DNA of 64,000 nt from Felis catus. Lineage: Eukaryota. The translations under genes and the position numbers were made by a program. Under the pieces are notes generated by a model. It made no database searches. It was given only the letters and a program-made list of their open reading frames with translations, and was not told the DNA's origin. This document shows positions 1 to 12,893 of this stretch, piece after piece. Each line of letters begins with the position of its first letter. The first letter of the stretch is position 1. The stretch spans positions 215,948,001 through 216,012,000 of the forward strand of contig NC_058368.1 of assembly GCF_018350175.1 (NCBI RefSeq). The letters run 5' to 3'.

Positions 1-429
1 ATGCAAGCTGTTTTATATTGTGCTGTCTGAGCATTGACAAAAGACTTAATATTGTTCAATCAGGTTTCATGTTTACAACAGTGTTGTGACTGAACTGGGA
101 GATAGTTGTTTTTTGTCTATTTGTGTTTCAGGAAATTTTACAAATTGTTAAAATGCCACCCAACTCCCTCTTTTCAACCCATCTAAATCACTCTCATCTT
201 TCAAAGAGAAAATACTGCTTTCCATTCCGCATGAAAACTTTCTGGTTCATTCACATTCAGAGTTATGTCATTTCTATATTCCAACACTGTTCACAACATT
301 CATTTACCACTCATCACTTTCTTCTGAGAGCATTTTTAATCTGTTCAATGGATAAAAATTCTAAGCCTAGGGTAAGACATATCTAAATTTGAGAACAAAT
401 TCTAGCAGTTATAAATCGAGGATCTGGAT

Positions 430-530
430 AAATAACAACCTCTCTGCAACTCAGTTTCCTCATTTGTAACAGAGAAATAATAAATATCTGTCTTATGAGA
501 TTTAATTGGCATTAACTTTAACATAAACAC
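430..530 (+). mobile_element. MIR (ancient SINE) core fragment
   Basis: ctctctgcaactcagtttcctcatttgtaa resembles the MIR core motif; boundaries approximate. Confidence 0.55.
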
Positions 531-1120
531 TATGCCTATCTTAGCAGGTTTGATTACTTTATATTTTCAACTTTATTGTAAACATATCAGCAGAAAATAT
601 TGTGCTATCTTGTGTATATCCCACTGAGCACCATTCACAGTATCTTGTACAGAAAGGTATTTAGTAAGTATTTATTGTTTGTTATGGGAGCTGGCTGTGT
701 TAAGTTAAAGTTCAATCTCCCCATTTTACTGTGCATTGTCTTTCAAAAGCCTGGAGAACTAAAGAAAGTTTCTTCTCCCCATATTTTCATTCGCTTAACA
801 CCATACAAAGATTTCTAGATTTAGAGTTATTGAAAAGGGTGTTTTTTTTCTTTCTATTGTCCCCACATAATTATAAAATAAAAATTGAAAGAGAAAGAAT
901 CAACTGAGTAATATAATTGTGCTATTGTGTGTGAAACAGGCTACGGCTCATGGTCCTTGGTACTCTAGAGTGTTTTCATTAGGAGTCATTACTTTTTAAA
1001 AAATAACACCTCTACCTTCGTTTTTGTATTGTTATTATTGTATATTATTTGATTTTCTACACTTCTAATGTGTTTAAAAGACTTTTGTCTTTCAAACTGA
1101 ACACTCCAGAAGAGCATCTT

Positions 1121-1346
1121 TTTATTTTTTTAAAACTTTTTAAATGTTTATTTTTGAGAGACAGAGAGAGACAGAACACAAGGAGGGGAGGGGCAGAGAG
1201 AGAGAGGGAGACACAGAATCTGAAGCAGGCTTCAGGCTCCGAGCTGTCAGTACAGAGCCAGACGCAGGGTTCGACCCCATGAACCGCAGGATCATGACCT
1301 GACCCAAAATCAGATGTTTAACCAACTGAGCCACCCAGACACCCCT
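1121..1346 (-). mobile_element. Can-SINE (SINEC_Fc-type)
   Basis: T-tract, (GA)n, tRNA-derived head ending ccacccagacacccc; TSD agaagagc(a/t)tcttttta at 1108-1124 and 1347-1363. Confidence 0.95.
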
Positions 1347-2129
1347 AGAAGAGCTTCTTTTTAAAATTAATTTTCAACTGATCACTGAGGTTCCTGAGCA
1401 TATTTAATTATACAAGATTCTGAAAACAAATAATCACCTATCACCACTTTGTAACTGAGAATGTGTCTTCTGCTCCTCTCTCTATCTCTGTCTGTCTCTT
1501 TCTCTGGGGAGAAAGCTTTCTTTTATTTGCATTATACCATAAGAGTTAGTGAGACGATCTCTGCCATTATTTGACAAACAATACATTCAGCTTATCTAGG
1601 CAAGCTCTCATGCACAGACCTTTCTCGCAATTTATGACATTTTGTAGTCTTTTTTTTTTTCCTGGAAACTTACCAAATGCCTTTTAAGAGGCTAACTAGC
1701 TTTGCTTTTAGTAAACGTTTATTTTCGTGGATCCATTTAAAATGGTAAGATAGAGCCAGTCAATTCCACACTAACCCACTGAATTGCACTCTTGGAAGAG
1801 ATTTTCACATGTAATCCAGGAGACTCTCAACTTCACGAATAAGGAGTTGCCATCTGGTCTCTGTTTCAAAGCATCTTATCAGGGCAGTAGCTACTTCTCA
1901 ATGAGGCTCATTCAACTTTTATTCATACCTAACTTCAGAAAATATTCTTTTATACGAAGCCGGAAGTTTTCTTGTGAAAATTTTTACTCAAATGAGTTTA
2001 TCCTTAATTTTGAAGTCACTGAAAATAAGTATTTTTTTTCATTAGAAAGATTAAGATTTTGGGTAATACTATATTGGAAGGCACCAATGTTTCCATCACC
2101 ACAGAAAGTTCTATTGAAGGCACTGTTGA

Positions 2130-2332
2130 GGATCACAGTGGACATATTTTCCTGTTAATGCCCAAGAAATAAGTATTTTAGGCTTTGCAGTCTATGTACA
2201 GTTTCAGTTGCATGTTCTTCTTTTAAATAACCTTTTTCAGAAAGTAAAAGCAATTCTTAGCATGGGGGTAGTATGAAAACAGGCAGTGGGCTGGCCTTGT
2301 CTCACAGGCCCTAGATTGCAGATCTGAACTCT
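2130..2332 (+). mobile_element. hAT-Charlie MITE, MER58-like
   Basis: aagtattttaggctttgcag and aaaacaggcagtgggctgg match remembered MER58 blocks. Confidence 0.6.
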
Positions 2333-3185
2333 AGGTGATAACTTAGTAGACAAAACAAATGCTTGGATAAGCTTACAAGAGATGTGCAAAGTTCTGTGAA
2401 TTAATTTAAAGAGACCTAACAATCAGAGGTATACCGGGAAGAGAGTAAAAGATCAGCAGTCTAAACGAACAAAAATACGTTACCTGTGACTGAAGGTATG
2501 GTATAACAATTCCAGACAACAATACTGCTGACATCAAACTAACTGAAACAATAATCCCCTTGATTTGTGGCCCCTCCTTTTTAGCTCAGGCTCCTATAAA
2601 AAGCACTGAACAATTGTTTCTGTGGGAATCTTGGAATATTTCAGTTGCTCCTTGAACAAAAAGCACACCAATCCATATCCCTTATTTACCACCTGCCTGT
2701 GTGCATGGAAATTCTGTTTCCCTCTAGTGGTGGCCCTGAAGCCACTGCACAAGGGAACCCTTCTTGAAGTTCCATTAAATTAAAGTATATTCACTAAATT
2801 ATAAGGTTTCCCAATCAATCTCATAGGATTCTTAACATACTTTGTGTTTTGCTTACAGTTTACATCATACAGTAATTTCTGCCCCAATCTGACCTCAAAT
2901 TGTATCATAAAATTAAAGAAAAGAAAAAGCCAGTGGCAGACACCCAACTGCAATTTGAATTCTATTTCTAAAATAGAAGTCTCCTCACTGAATCGACCTG
3001 TTAGGGACTAGGCTAATTTCTGTATGAGTTTCCTTTGGGAAGGGGCTTCTCTTTCTCTATAAAGAGACTTCTGTTCAACCTATGTATTCTATTTTATAAT
3101 GTTCCCAGAGAAGTCTGGACTTTAGTATGAATAATAGCCAAGATTCAGTGATATACCAGCAACATACATAGTAAGAAGGAATGAA

Positions 3186-3535
3186 AATGCATGCACTCCA
3201 ATGTTTGTATCAGCGCTATCAACAATAGCCAAATTATGGAAAGAGCCCAATGTCCACTGACTGATGAATGGATAAAGAAGATGGGATATATATAGATATA
3301 GATATATATATCATAGATATGATATCATATCTATAAGATATATATATCATAGATATGATATCATATCTATAAGATATATATATCATAGATATGATATCAT
3401 ATCTATAAGATATATATCTATATATATATCATAGATGTAATATATATATTATAGATATGATATATATATATATAAAATAAACTGAAATGTGGTACATATA
3501 GAGATATATATAGATGTGGTATATATATATAGATG

Positions 3536-3582
<47 letters not shown>

Positions 3583-3985
3583 AAAAATGAAATCTTGCCA
3601 TTTGCAACACCGTGGATGGAACTAGAGTGTATTATACTAAGCAGAATAAGTCAAAGAAAGACAAATATTATGTGGTATCACTCCTATGTGGAATTTAAGA
3701 AACAAAATAGATGAACATAGGAGAAGGGAAGGAAAACTAAGATAAAAAACAAAGAGGGAGACAAACCATAAGAGACTCTTAACTATAGAGAACCAAATGT
3801 GGGTTGCTGGAGGAGAAGTGGGGGGGGGATGGGCTAAATGGATGATGGGCATTAAAGGAGGGCACTTGGGATGAGCACTGGGTGTTACATGAAAGTGATG
3901 AATCACTGGGTTCTACTTCTGAAACCAATATTACACTGTATGTTAACTAACTTGAATTTAAATAAGTACATTTAAGTAATAAAAG
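3186..3985 (+). mobile_element. 5'-truncated carnivore L1 (ORF2 C-terminus and 3'UTR) with an internal AT-rich expansion
   Basis: ccaatgtttgtatcagcgctatcaacaatagccaaattatggaaagagccc, then NEILPFATPWMELE coding, G-rich 3'UTR and A-rich end. Confidence 0.92.
3287..3579. repeat. AT-rich mini/microsatellite including 3 perfect 36-bp units (3301-3408) and (TA)n
   Basis: gatatatatatcatagatatgatatcatatctataa x3, read directly. Confidence 0.95.
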
Positions 3986-5594
3986 AAATACTTTTTTTAA
4001 AATTCTGAATTCTACACAAAGGTAAAAGCAAAATAACTTTTATAAGATATTTTCAACTGGTATGTTGAATACTATATTATTTTATGATAAATATCAAATA
4101 TATTACAGTTCAAATGGTGAAACCATAGAAACATTTCATTCATTTTACCATTTTATTGATAACATTTTATAATGGTTAAAAAAAATGAAGCATACTTAAA
4201 TGCTTAAAATGTGTCTTTCTACTTTATTTTGGTTAAATATCTCAACCTGGTTTATGGTGCTTAAACTATTTCAGTATTTAAAATTGGTCATTGCTTCTCC
4301 TTGTGAGTAGTCTTTCATTGAATGTAGGAAAAACTCTCCTATATCAACCTCATTAAATTATTTGTCTGATTATGTAAATTGTAAATGTTTTAATAATGGA
4401 ATTACTTGAAATACATAATGTTACCAACAGCTAATTATATTGTAAATTGCATTATGGCATGTTTGCTATTTCAATTTTACTCCTCAGCCAGGAGGTATGA
4501 AATTTGTAGCTAAGTATTCAAAGTATAATTACTTTAATAAATGTGCCATACTTCGCGTATACTTCAATCTCTTATTCATTACAAGAATTGCAACTATCCT
4601 ACAACAAATAAGAATCAAATAACTTGATTCTTCCATATCAGAAGATTATTGAATTTTAAAACTATAGCATTTGAATGGAAACGTGTTAACAGCTTTGAAA
4701 GCCTGTTGATATACATGTGTGTAGATGTAAGTTAACTAAACTTTATCTTCATGTTTTATGTGGTTTACCTTAAAATTTCATCAATTAATTCCTCATCAGG
4801 GGTATAAACTAAAGAATATGGGGAATAATTCTTTAGTTATGTAAATATATATAGTAACTATCATTCGATACTTTATTTTATAAATATATATAGTAGCTCT
4901 TGGGGAAGAGAACATGAAAAGGAATTAGATTATTCCCGAAGATGACTACAGACGCCAACCACTTAGGTTAGAGAGGGAAACAAGGTGAGAATCTACTTTA
5001 CACATTCACTGTTTGGCTGTTATTAAAGACACAATGCCTTGGCAATAGAGGAGGTCTGTTGCCTAAAGCAGACCCTTGTCACTTGATGTAGCATTCACAC
5101 TCTACAAGTAAGAAGGTTAGCAGAAAATGTTCAACAAGTCAATACCACAGCTAAAAAGCTCAGAACTTAGGGAGACAAAATATTGTGTATCACACACTGC
5201 TTGAGGATGATTTTCTGTTTTTTCTGTACTGCAACATTTCCACTAGAGTATGTTCTATTAGCTGTATATTACCCAAGAACAAAGCTGAGAAACAAATCCT
5301 GCTAAAGCCTACCATGAAATCACGTGACTTTGGAGTGGTCAGGTAGTCTACATGAACTTCAGTGCACATTCATGCAGAAAAGAGTTAACATTGCAGGCCT
5401 GAGATGTGCACCCTAAGGAAGGTCTAATTGTCAAGTTGGTCCTCCACTGGTGCTTAGGAGCTTTGTGGGTAAACAGCTCCTTACACTGGTATGAAACTTT
5501 CCTCCATGATAAGGCTGACGTATTGTGCTAGAACTGTGGTTTTTCGTGAACATCTTCTTTCATTCTAGGACTCTGGCATTTTGGTATGTGTTCA

Positions 5595-5865
5595 AGATGC
5601 AATAAAGGATCTAACTCGATATTTTGATATTTTCAGATAGCTTTTAAGCTTTGTCCCTCACTCTACCCATGCTATCTCATGGTCCTGGTGCTCCCTTTAT
5701 TGGCTCTGGCAGGAGATTTAACTATGCAGGCTTCATCCCAGGTCATCCTCTAAATACTATAAAAACCCCAAGCCAGTCTCCTTTACAGGGACTGCTTGAG
5801 TGCCACCCTCTCTTCTTACTCCAGAAACTCTCTCACTGTGTGTCTAGAACTCTTCTAATTCTCTT

Positions 5866-5956
<91 letters not shown>

Positions 5957-6037
5957 TGTGCATGCGTGGTGCCATCAGTCTCAACATAAAAAACAAATTT
6001 TGTGCAGGGGTTCGTCCTGCTCTGTAGGTTCACATCA
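5595..6037 (+). mobile_element. Solo LTR, MER31-like, nested in the MER68-like LTR
   Basis: ataaaaaccccaagccagtctccttt and catcagtctcaacat...caaattttg blocks; ends in CA; host LTR continues on both sides. Confidence 0.65.
5867..5948. repeat. Compound (GT)n(GA)n microsatellite
   Basis: Direct reading. Confidence 0.97.
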
Positions 6038-6126
6038 AACCAGAGAGTGACTACACCACCAGCCCTTGTAAAAACCTTGAGTAGTGATGAACTCCCTGCA
6101 GATAATATTTTATACACGTTACCACC

Positions 6127-6335
6127 TTTTTTTTTAATGTTCATTTTATTTTTGACAGAGTGAGACAGAGCATGAGTGGGGGAGGGACAGAGAGAGAGGG
6201 AGACGGAATCCAAAGCAGGCTCCAGTCTCTGAGCTGTCAGCACAGAGCCCCATGCGGGGCTTGAACTCACAAACTGCGAAATCATGACCTGAGCTGAAGT
6301 CAGTCGCTCAACTGACTGAGCCACCCGGGCGCACC
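6127..6335 (-). mobile_element. Can-SINE
   Basis: Typical body; TSD acacgttac(c/a)a(c/t)ctttt at 6114-6130 and 6336-6352. Confidence 0.95.
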
Positions 6336-7399
6336 ACACGTTACAATCTTTTGCTGGAGGAGTTGGTGTGTCCTGTGTGATTCTACTGGGAGAGAACTCT
6401 TGAAATCTTGTACCTATTTTCCTCCAGACTTTGCTCTATGTGTTTTCCTGCTGCTGATTTTAATTTGTATAATTACGCTATCATAAACTATAACCATACA
6501 TATAACAATGTTTTAGAACTGTGAGTCCTTCTGTGGAATCACTGAACCTAATGTGGTCCTAGGGAATCTGGACATAACACAGTCATTTGACTTCAGTGGA
6601 TTGAATTAGGTTGAGAAGTGCACACGAGTCTCCTCTTATGTAACTGATCCCGATGCCATGTCTGTTCATTCACAGTCATTTCAGCGATGTATACAGGAAC
6701 AAAGAATGTTTTGTCTATGGTCTTTTCCAACTCTCACCAATTGATTTATGTTAATAAATTATCATCACAAGAAATGACAGCATGCATTTCTCATATCATT
6801 AAAAATAGTATTTACTATATTTTTTTTTAAAAAATATTTTCTAACAAGAGTAAATAGTAAAGAAAAAGTAAATACAGATTTGGAGAAACACTACCTTCCA
6901 AAAACAAATGTTTGAGTAAAAGCATCTAGGTATATTAAATGGGACTTTGGAATATATAAAAAATAATTGCAATTGAGCAATTATAAACATGGTTTAGAAA
7001 ATTAAATTAGTTTTGAGATTGAGATCCTAACAAAATTATAAACTTCTGTTTCACATTTGAAACGCTGTTCTCACCAGGAAAACAATTTTGTTCATATTAA
7101 CCATGTAAACAGGGAAAAGTCTTTAAGGACAAAATGATAGGCATTTGTATCTCATTTTCTTGTGATAACTTTGTCATGATTTAAGTATATATACTTTGCA
7201 TGTATATGCCTCAATCTATTTTACTCTTCTTTTTATATACAAATTATCTAATTAGTAAAGATTTTAAAACTTTAACAGTTTTTTCACTTAAAAATATGTT
7301 CTAAGCATTTTATTGTTTTGTTTGTTTTCACTTCCAAAACATGATTTTTATGATCTCACATCATAGTTTTACTATTACTATTTCTTCTTAGACTGGAAG

Positions 7400-8080
7400 A
7401 AGTCTGCACAGATACTCAAAAGATAAATAGAACGTATTAAAAACAACTTTATGCCAATTAAATTTGACAATTTGTGTGAAAGTAGTAATTAGAAAAAATA
7501 CAATGTACCAAGACAAATAAAGGAAGCGGTAGATGATCTGAAAGTCTGATGTCTACTAAAGGAATAAAGTTTATTATTAAAGAAAAACTACAAAATATAA
7601 TCCACAAACTTATGCCCATATGGTTTCCTCCGAGCTGTTGCAAATATTTAAAAAAAAAGGGGAATTACAGCCATCTTACACAAAACTCACTAGCTATTGG
7701 GGAAAAAAAGGAAAATGTAGCATTATTTTTATACGGCCTCAGTAACTCTGATATCAACACCATGAAAAATATTGTTTCAAGAAAAAAATACAGGAACATC
7801 ATCTTCGTGAACACAAATTTGATAATTATTAACAAAATATTAGCAATAGGACTCAGGTAGTAAACAAATGGATAAATACATTGAACAAAGTAGGATAATT
7901 CCTAGAGTATAAGTGATTTTAGCATCCACAAAACCTTTAATATAATTTATAATATTAACAGAAATAAATTATTATACTATTTCTATAGATAGAAAAACTC
8001 AACTGATAAAATAATTAATTTATTCATGATATAAACGTCAACTAGAAATAGAGAGTGATCTACAACTATGATAAATAATT
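7400..8080 (+). mobile_element. Highly diverged L1M ORF2 fragment (related pieces continue at ~9300-9900)
   Basis: aacaactttatgccaattaaatttgacaatt and aacaaaatattagcaa are typical L1 ORF2 remnants. Confidence 0.6.
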
Positions 8081-8094
8081 GGAGGATGTGAAAA

Positions 8095-9070
8095 TTTTTT
8101 TTTTACTTTAAATTTTAGTTAGTTAACTTACAGTGCAATATTGGTCTCAGTAAAATTCAGTGATTCATCAGTTACATACAATACCCAGTGTTAATCACGG
8201 GGTATCTTTTTTTTTTTTTTTTTAGTTTTTTTACTGTTTATTTTTGAGAGAGAGAGAGACAGACAGACAGAGCATGAGTGGGGGAGGGACAGAGAAGAGA
8301 GGAAGACACAGAATCCAAAGCAGGTTCTAGGCTCTGACCTAGCAGCATGAGCCCGACGCAGGCCTCGAATCCATGAACCATGAGAGCATGACCTGAGCTG
8401 AAGTCGGACACTTAACCTTCTGAGCAACCCAGGTGCCCCACAAGTGCCCTCCTTAATGCCCGTCATCCATCTAGTCCCTCTCCCACCCACCTCTCTCCGT
8501 CAACCCTGTTTGTTCTCTCTCATTGGGTCTCTTGTGGTCTCTCTCATTTTTTCTCCCTTCCCATATGTTCATCTGCTTTGTTTCTTAAATTTCACATGTA
8601 AGTGAAATCATATGGTATTTGACTTTCTCTGATTGACTTATTTTGCTTAGCATAATATATTCTAGCTCCATCCACGTCATTGCAAATGGCAGGATTTCAT
8701 TCTTTTTGATGGCTGAGTATATTCCATTGTATTAGTATCTATATATTTTTCATCCATTAATCAGTCAACAGACATTTGGGGCTCACTTCATAGTTTGGCT
8801 ATCATTGATAATGCTGCTATAAACATTGGGGTGCACGTACCCCTTCAAATCTGTATTTTTGTATCTTTTGGGCAAATACCTACAAGTGCAATTGCTGCAT
8901 TGTTGGGTAGTTCTGTTTGACAAAATACCACCTCATACCTGTCAGAATGGCTAAAATCAATGCAAGAAACCACGATGTTGGTGAGGATGTGAAGAAAGGG
9001 AACCCCCTTACACTGTTGGTGAGAATGCAAACTGGTGCAGCCACTCTGGAGAACAGTATGGAGGTTCTTC
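8095..9070 (-). mobile_element. Carnivore L1 3' end with a 5' inversion (inverted part ~8919-9070 on +)
   Basis: T-tract, 3'UTR and ORF2 end on minus to ~8918, then plus-strand L1 up to tggaggttcttc; TSD gga(gg/aa)atgtgaaaatt at 8081-8096 and 9071-9086. Confidence 0.9.
8207..8439 (-). mobile_element. Can-SINE inserted in an L1 3'UTR
   Basis: Poly-T, (GA)n, head caacccaggtgcccc. Confidence 0.95.
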
Positions 9071-9244
9071 GGAAAATGTGAAAATTGTAATACTGACTTC
9101 TGGGTGAAGCAAGGATACCTAGATTACTAGTACTATAAAACATTTTATAGGAATGGGCCATACCAGAACAATGTGGCCAAAAACAAAACAAAGCAATACA
9201 ATGGAATGCCAATAATATGCCAATAACACCATAAGCACATTTAA

Positions 9245-9246
9245 AA

Positions 9247-9293
<47 letters not shown>

Positions 9294-9294
9294 A
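9245..9294. repeat. (TAAA)n microsatellite
   Basis: Direct reading. Confidence 0.95.
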
Positions 9295-9957
9295 AGGCAT
9301 GTGGTTTGGAAAGGATGAGATAATTGCTATTATTTGCAGGTGATACTATGTACCCACCGAAATGGCTAACATACCAAAGAAAGACAAAATAAAATGTTAG
9401 GGAGGTCTTGAACTGCTTGAAATATCATAATATACTATTTGAAGTGAAAGTGGATAGAAAAAGTGGAAGAGTGAGGACATACATGCCCTGCGACTAAGCA
9501 ATTTCACTCTCAGGTAAATAACCTAACAGCAATGAGTTAATACTGTTACTGGAATACACACACAAGAATGTTCTGGAGGGCAGGATTTGTTACAATGCAG
9601 AATAGAAACTGTTCAAATGCCCATCAATACTAGAATGGAGTCTTGTTACATAATAGAATATTATCTACTAATTAGAATGAACAAAATTTAACTCTGTAAA
9701 AAATATGAAAGAGTATCACTGTACATGATAATAAAAGAACCAGATTCAAAAGTATTTTCTGTATAAATCAAATTTAAGACAGGAAAAACCCTTTCTCTGT
9801 GTTGGGAATCAAGATAGGGCTGATTTTGGGATAAGTGGGTTAGCGATGGGAAAGAAGCACAAAGAGCGCTTCAGTAATGCTGATGCTTTTCTGATTCCTG
9901 AGTGATTTGTGTATTTTTTTTCTTTTTCTACAATATTCAGTGAAGAGTGTAATAGAC

Positions 9958-9984
9958 TTTTTTTAGTTTATGTATTTATCTGTT

Positions 9985-10017
<33 letters not shown>

Positions 10018-10174
10018 GAAGGGGCAGAGAGAGGGAGAGATAAAGAATCCCAAACAGGCTCTGTGCTGTCAGTATAGAGCTCAATGCAGGGCTCAAACTC
10101 ACAAATCATGAGATCATGACCTGAGCTGAAATCAAGAGTCAAATACTCATCTGACTGAGCCACCTAGGTGCCCC
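9958..10174 (-). mobile_element. Can-SINE
   Basis: Typical body; imperfect TSD tattcagtgaagagtgtaa / tattcaacgaagagtttaa. Confidence 0.93.
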
Positions 10175-10729
10175 TATTCAACGAAGAGTTTAAATATTTT
10201 TCTTTGCACTCTATTTTACTCCATTTTTTAAAAAAAATACATCTTTAATATGTTTTATTCTTGAAAATATTTTATATTTACCTTCTTAATCAGAGTTTCA
10301 TACAGCAAAATATATACATAGTTTGAAGTCTATTCATAAAACATCCTATTTTCCCATCTCTAAGTTTTAAATTATTTATTTTCAATTGGTTTTATGAAAT
10401 GATCAGTACATGAGTTTCAAAACAATGTGTATACATATATATTGAAATTTTGATAAATATTTATTCGAATAAAATCTTGGGGTTTATACATCACTTAATT
10501 TGATAGAAGATACTTATTTAAATTATCATATACCCACAGAGATACTCATTTGCTGGACTGAAACATTATCTAACAGTCTGAATTTTTGTAACTCTGGAGT
10601 CAGAAAATTTGTGGCCACAAAAGAGTAAATAGAAGTGGCAAATACATCATTATAATGATGTATACTCAACTCCTTGTACACCTCCTGACTTACATGACAA
10701 AAGTGACTCATAATAAAAAATTATTCTTA

Positions 10730-10928
10730 GGGGCACCTCGGTGGCTCTGTCGGTTAAGCCTCCGACCTTGGCTCAGGTCCTGATCTCATGGTTCATGAGT
10801 TCAAGCCCCGCATCGGGCTCACTGCTGTCAGCCTGTCAGCACAGAACCTGCTTCAGATCCTCTGTCCCCTTCTCTCTGCCCCTCCCCAGCTTATGCTCTC
10901 CCCCCAAATAAAATAAATATTTAAAAAA
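10730..10928 (+). mobile_element. Can-SINE
   Basis: ggggcacctcggtggctc head, A/B-box-like motifs, CT tract, A-rich tail; flanking tattctta repeat. Confidence 0.93.
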
Positions 10929-12379
10929 TGTATTCTTAATAAGCTACTAGGTGAAAGCAGAATTTTGTTTTCCATCCAGTATGTTTAGAACAACAAAAAT
11001 GGACTGGTTTTAAAAGGATCTGTTACTCAGGGCTTGGCATTTCCCAAGTTTCCATTAACTTCATCAGTTACATACTGTATTTTGAAATGTCTCTTTGTTA
11101 TTCTGGATTTGTTTTACCCTCAGGCTATTGTTCCATGGTAAGGTTCCAAATATACAAGAGATGTGTTTATTGAGAAGGGACAATTGTAAAAGTGTAGGTG
11201 AGAAAGATCAGCAGATGAATTCCTATAAAGGGCAGTTTTAAGGAAGATAGTTGAGTATGAGAATCTGAAAGTTAATTTTCTTAAGATTCTTTGTAGTCTC
11301 ATGAACTTTGGAAGGTTTCACATTAATTAAGATGATGGTATATCACTAGACAAAATACCACAATGTTCTGCCTTTCTGCCTTTCAACTTAATCACTGTCC
11401 ATATACCCAACTATAAACAAACTCTTCAGTAGTCCCAAGGACCAGTGAAGAGGCTGACACAAATCACAGAGGGCTGAAGGAGCAGCAGTGAGTTAGAAAG
11501 AAAAAAACAATGTGAATTCTTAGAGGAATCCATTTCTAGTTCAATCCTTAAGTGACTTCTCTGGGACCACCCAGAAACTGCTTAACTTTTCTGTGGTTAT
11601 AAATAAGAAAGAAGGAAGTAAGACCAACATATATTAAGTTTATTACTTAGAAAATATATTAAATGAATACCCATGGATTTTTTTGAAAGAAAATTATGAT
11701 TTCATTTGATCATAGCAGGACACTTTATACAGAAATGGGAGAAAATAATTACAATGGCAAACACACTCATTTCAAGATCATTTCTCCCTACCCAAACAGT
11801 TTGCATTCTTAATGTAGACATCATATTTTGATTTGAGATGATTACTTTATTGTTTTTTATAATGCATTTTAAAATGTTACTGATAATGAAAGAAGAATCA
11901 TGAAATATACGTACAACGGAGTGTTATTCTCTATATGGTTCAAGAACAAATCAGTTAACATTCTATAGTGAAATAATCTATTCATATAGAGTAACATAAT
12001 TTTAAGATTCTGTAGAAATATTTATTCAAATGTAAGAAAATGTGTTTTTTTTTTGTTTTTTGTTTTTTTGTTTTTTTGTTTTTTGCCGTGATTAACCACT
12101 TTTCCTTATTTCTATTGAACTTGACACTCTGGTTCCCGTGAATAACATTTTAATTGACGCCCATAAACCTTAAAAGCTGAGATTTATTTACTGACACCAG
12201 GGAAACTTTCTGAACTTTTTGCATATGTCATCATTATCTCTTAATATCTCTTTGACAATTTTAATATTATTATGTATATTTAATGCTTGTTAATCTATCT
12301 TGTCTTCAAACCATTTAATATGAATATAACATGCACTGCTAAAGAATTACCTAGAATTCACAGCAATAATGTAGCCCCT

Positions 12380-12598
12380 GGGACACCTGGGTGGCTCAGA
12401 CAGTTAAGCCTCCGACTTCTGCTCAGGTCATGATCTCACAGTTCCTGGGATTAAGCCCGTGTTGGGCTCTGTGCTGACAGCTCAGAGCCTGAAGCCTGCT
12501 TCAGAGTCTGTCTCTCTCTCTCCCTCTGCCCCTCCCCTGCTCACTCTCTGTCTCTCTCTCCTTCAAAAATAAATAAACATTAAAAAATTAAAAAAAAA
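12380..12598 (+). mobile_element. Can-SINE
   Basis: TSD aataatgtag(c/t)ccct at 12365-12379 and 12597-12611. Confidence 0.95.
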
Positions 12599-12693
12599 TA
12601 ATGTAGTCCCTTAGATCAATCTTTCATAGCACAGGAGCTGTGTATATAGAAGTTGCTAAATTTCTCAATACTATGGTTCCCAATTTAAATTCT

Positions 12694-12893
12694 TTTTTTT
12701 TATTGTTTTACTTTTAATGCTTATTTTTGAGAGAGGGAGAGAGAGAGAGAAGGGGCAGACACAGAATCCAAGGCAGGCTCCAGGCTCTGAGCTGTCAGCA
12801 CAGAGCCCAACGCAGGGCTCGAACTCACAAGCCGAGATCATGACCTGAGCCGAAGTCAGACGCTTAACCTACTGAGCCACCCAGGCCACCCCC
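12694..12893 (-). mobile_element. Can-SINE
   Basis: Typical body; flanking atttaaattctt direct repeat. Confidence 0.95.

Larger units (their letters stand above)
5373..6578 (+). mobile_element. Old solo LTR, MER68-like, interrupted by a second LTR and a SINE
   Basis: Starts tgcagaaaagagttaacattgcaggcctgag; resumes at ~6038 and 6336; ends gtggtcctagggaatctggaca. Confidence 0.7.

Noticed and set aside
2460..2790. Possible promoter or LTR (cctataaaaag TATA-like)
   Set aside because: No clear termini, TSD or downstream gene; it may be an ancient LTR remnant but I cannot support a call.
3301..3408. CRISPR-like array (36-bp palindromic repeats)
   Set aside because: The units are head-to-tail with no spacers, there are no cas genes, and the context is a mammalian L1.
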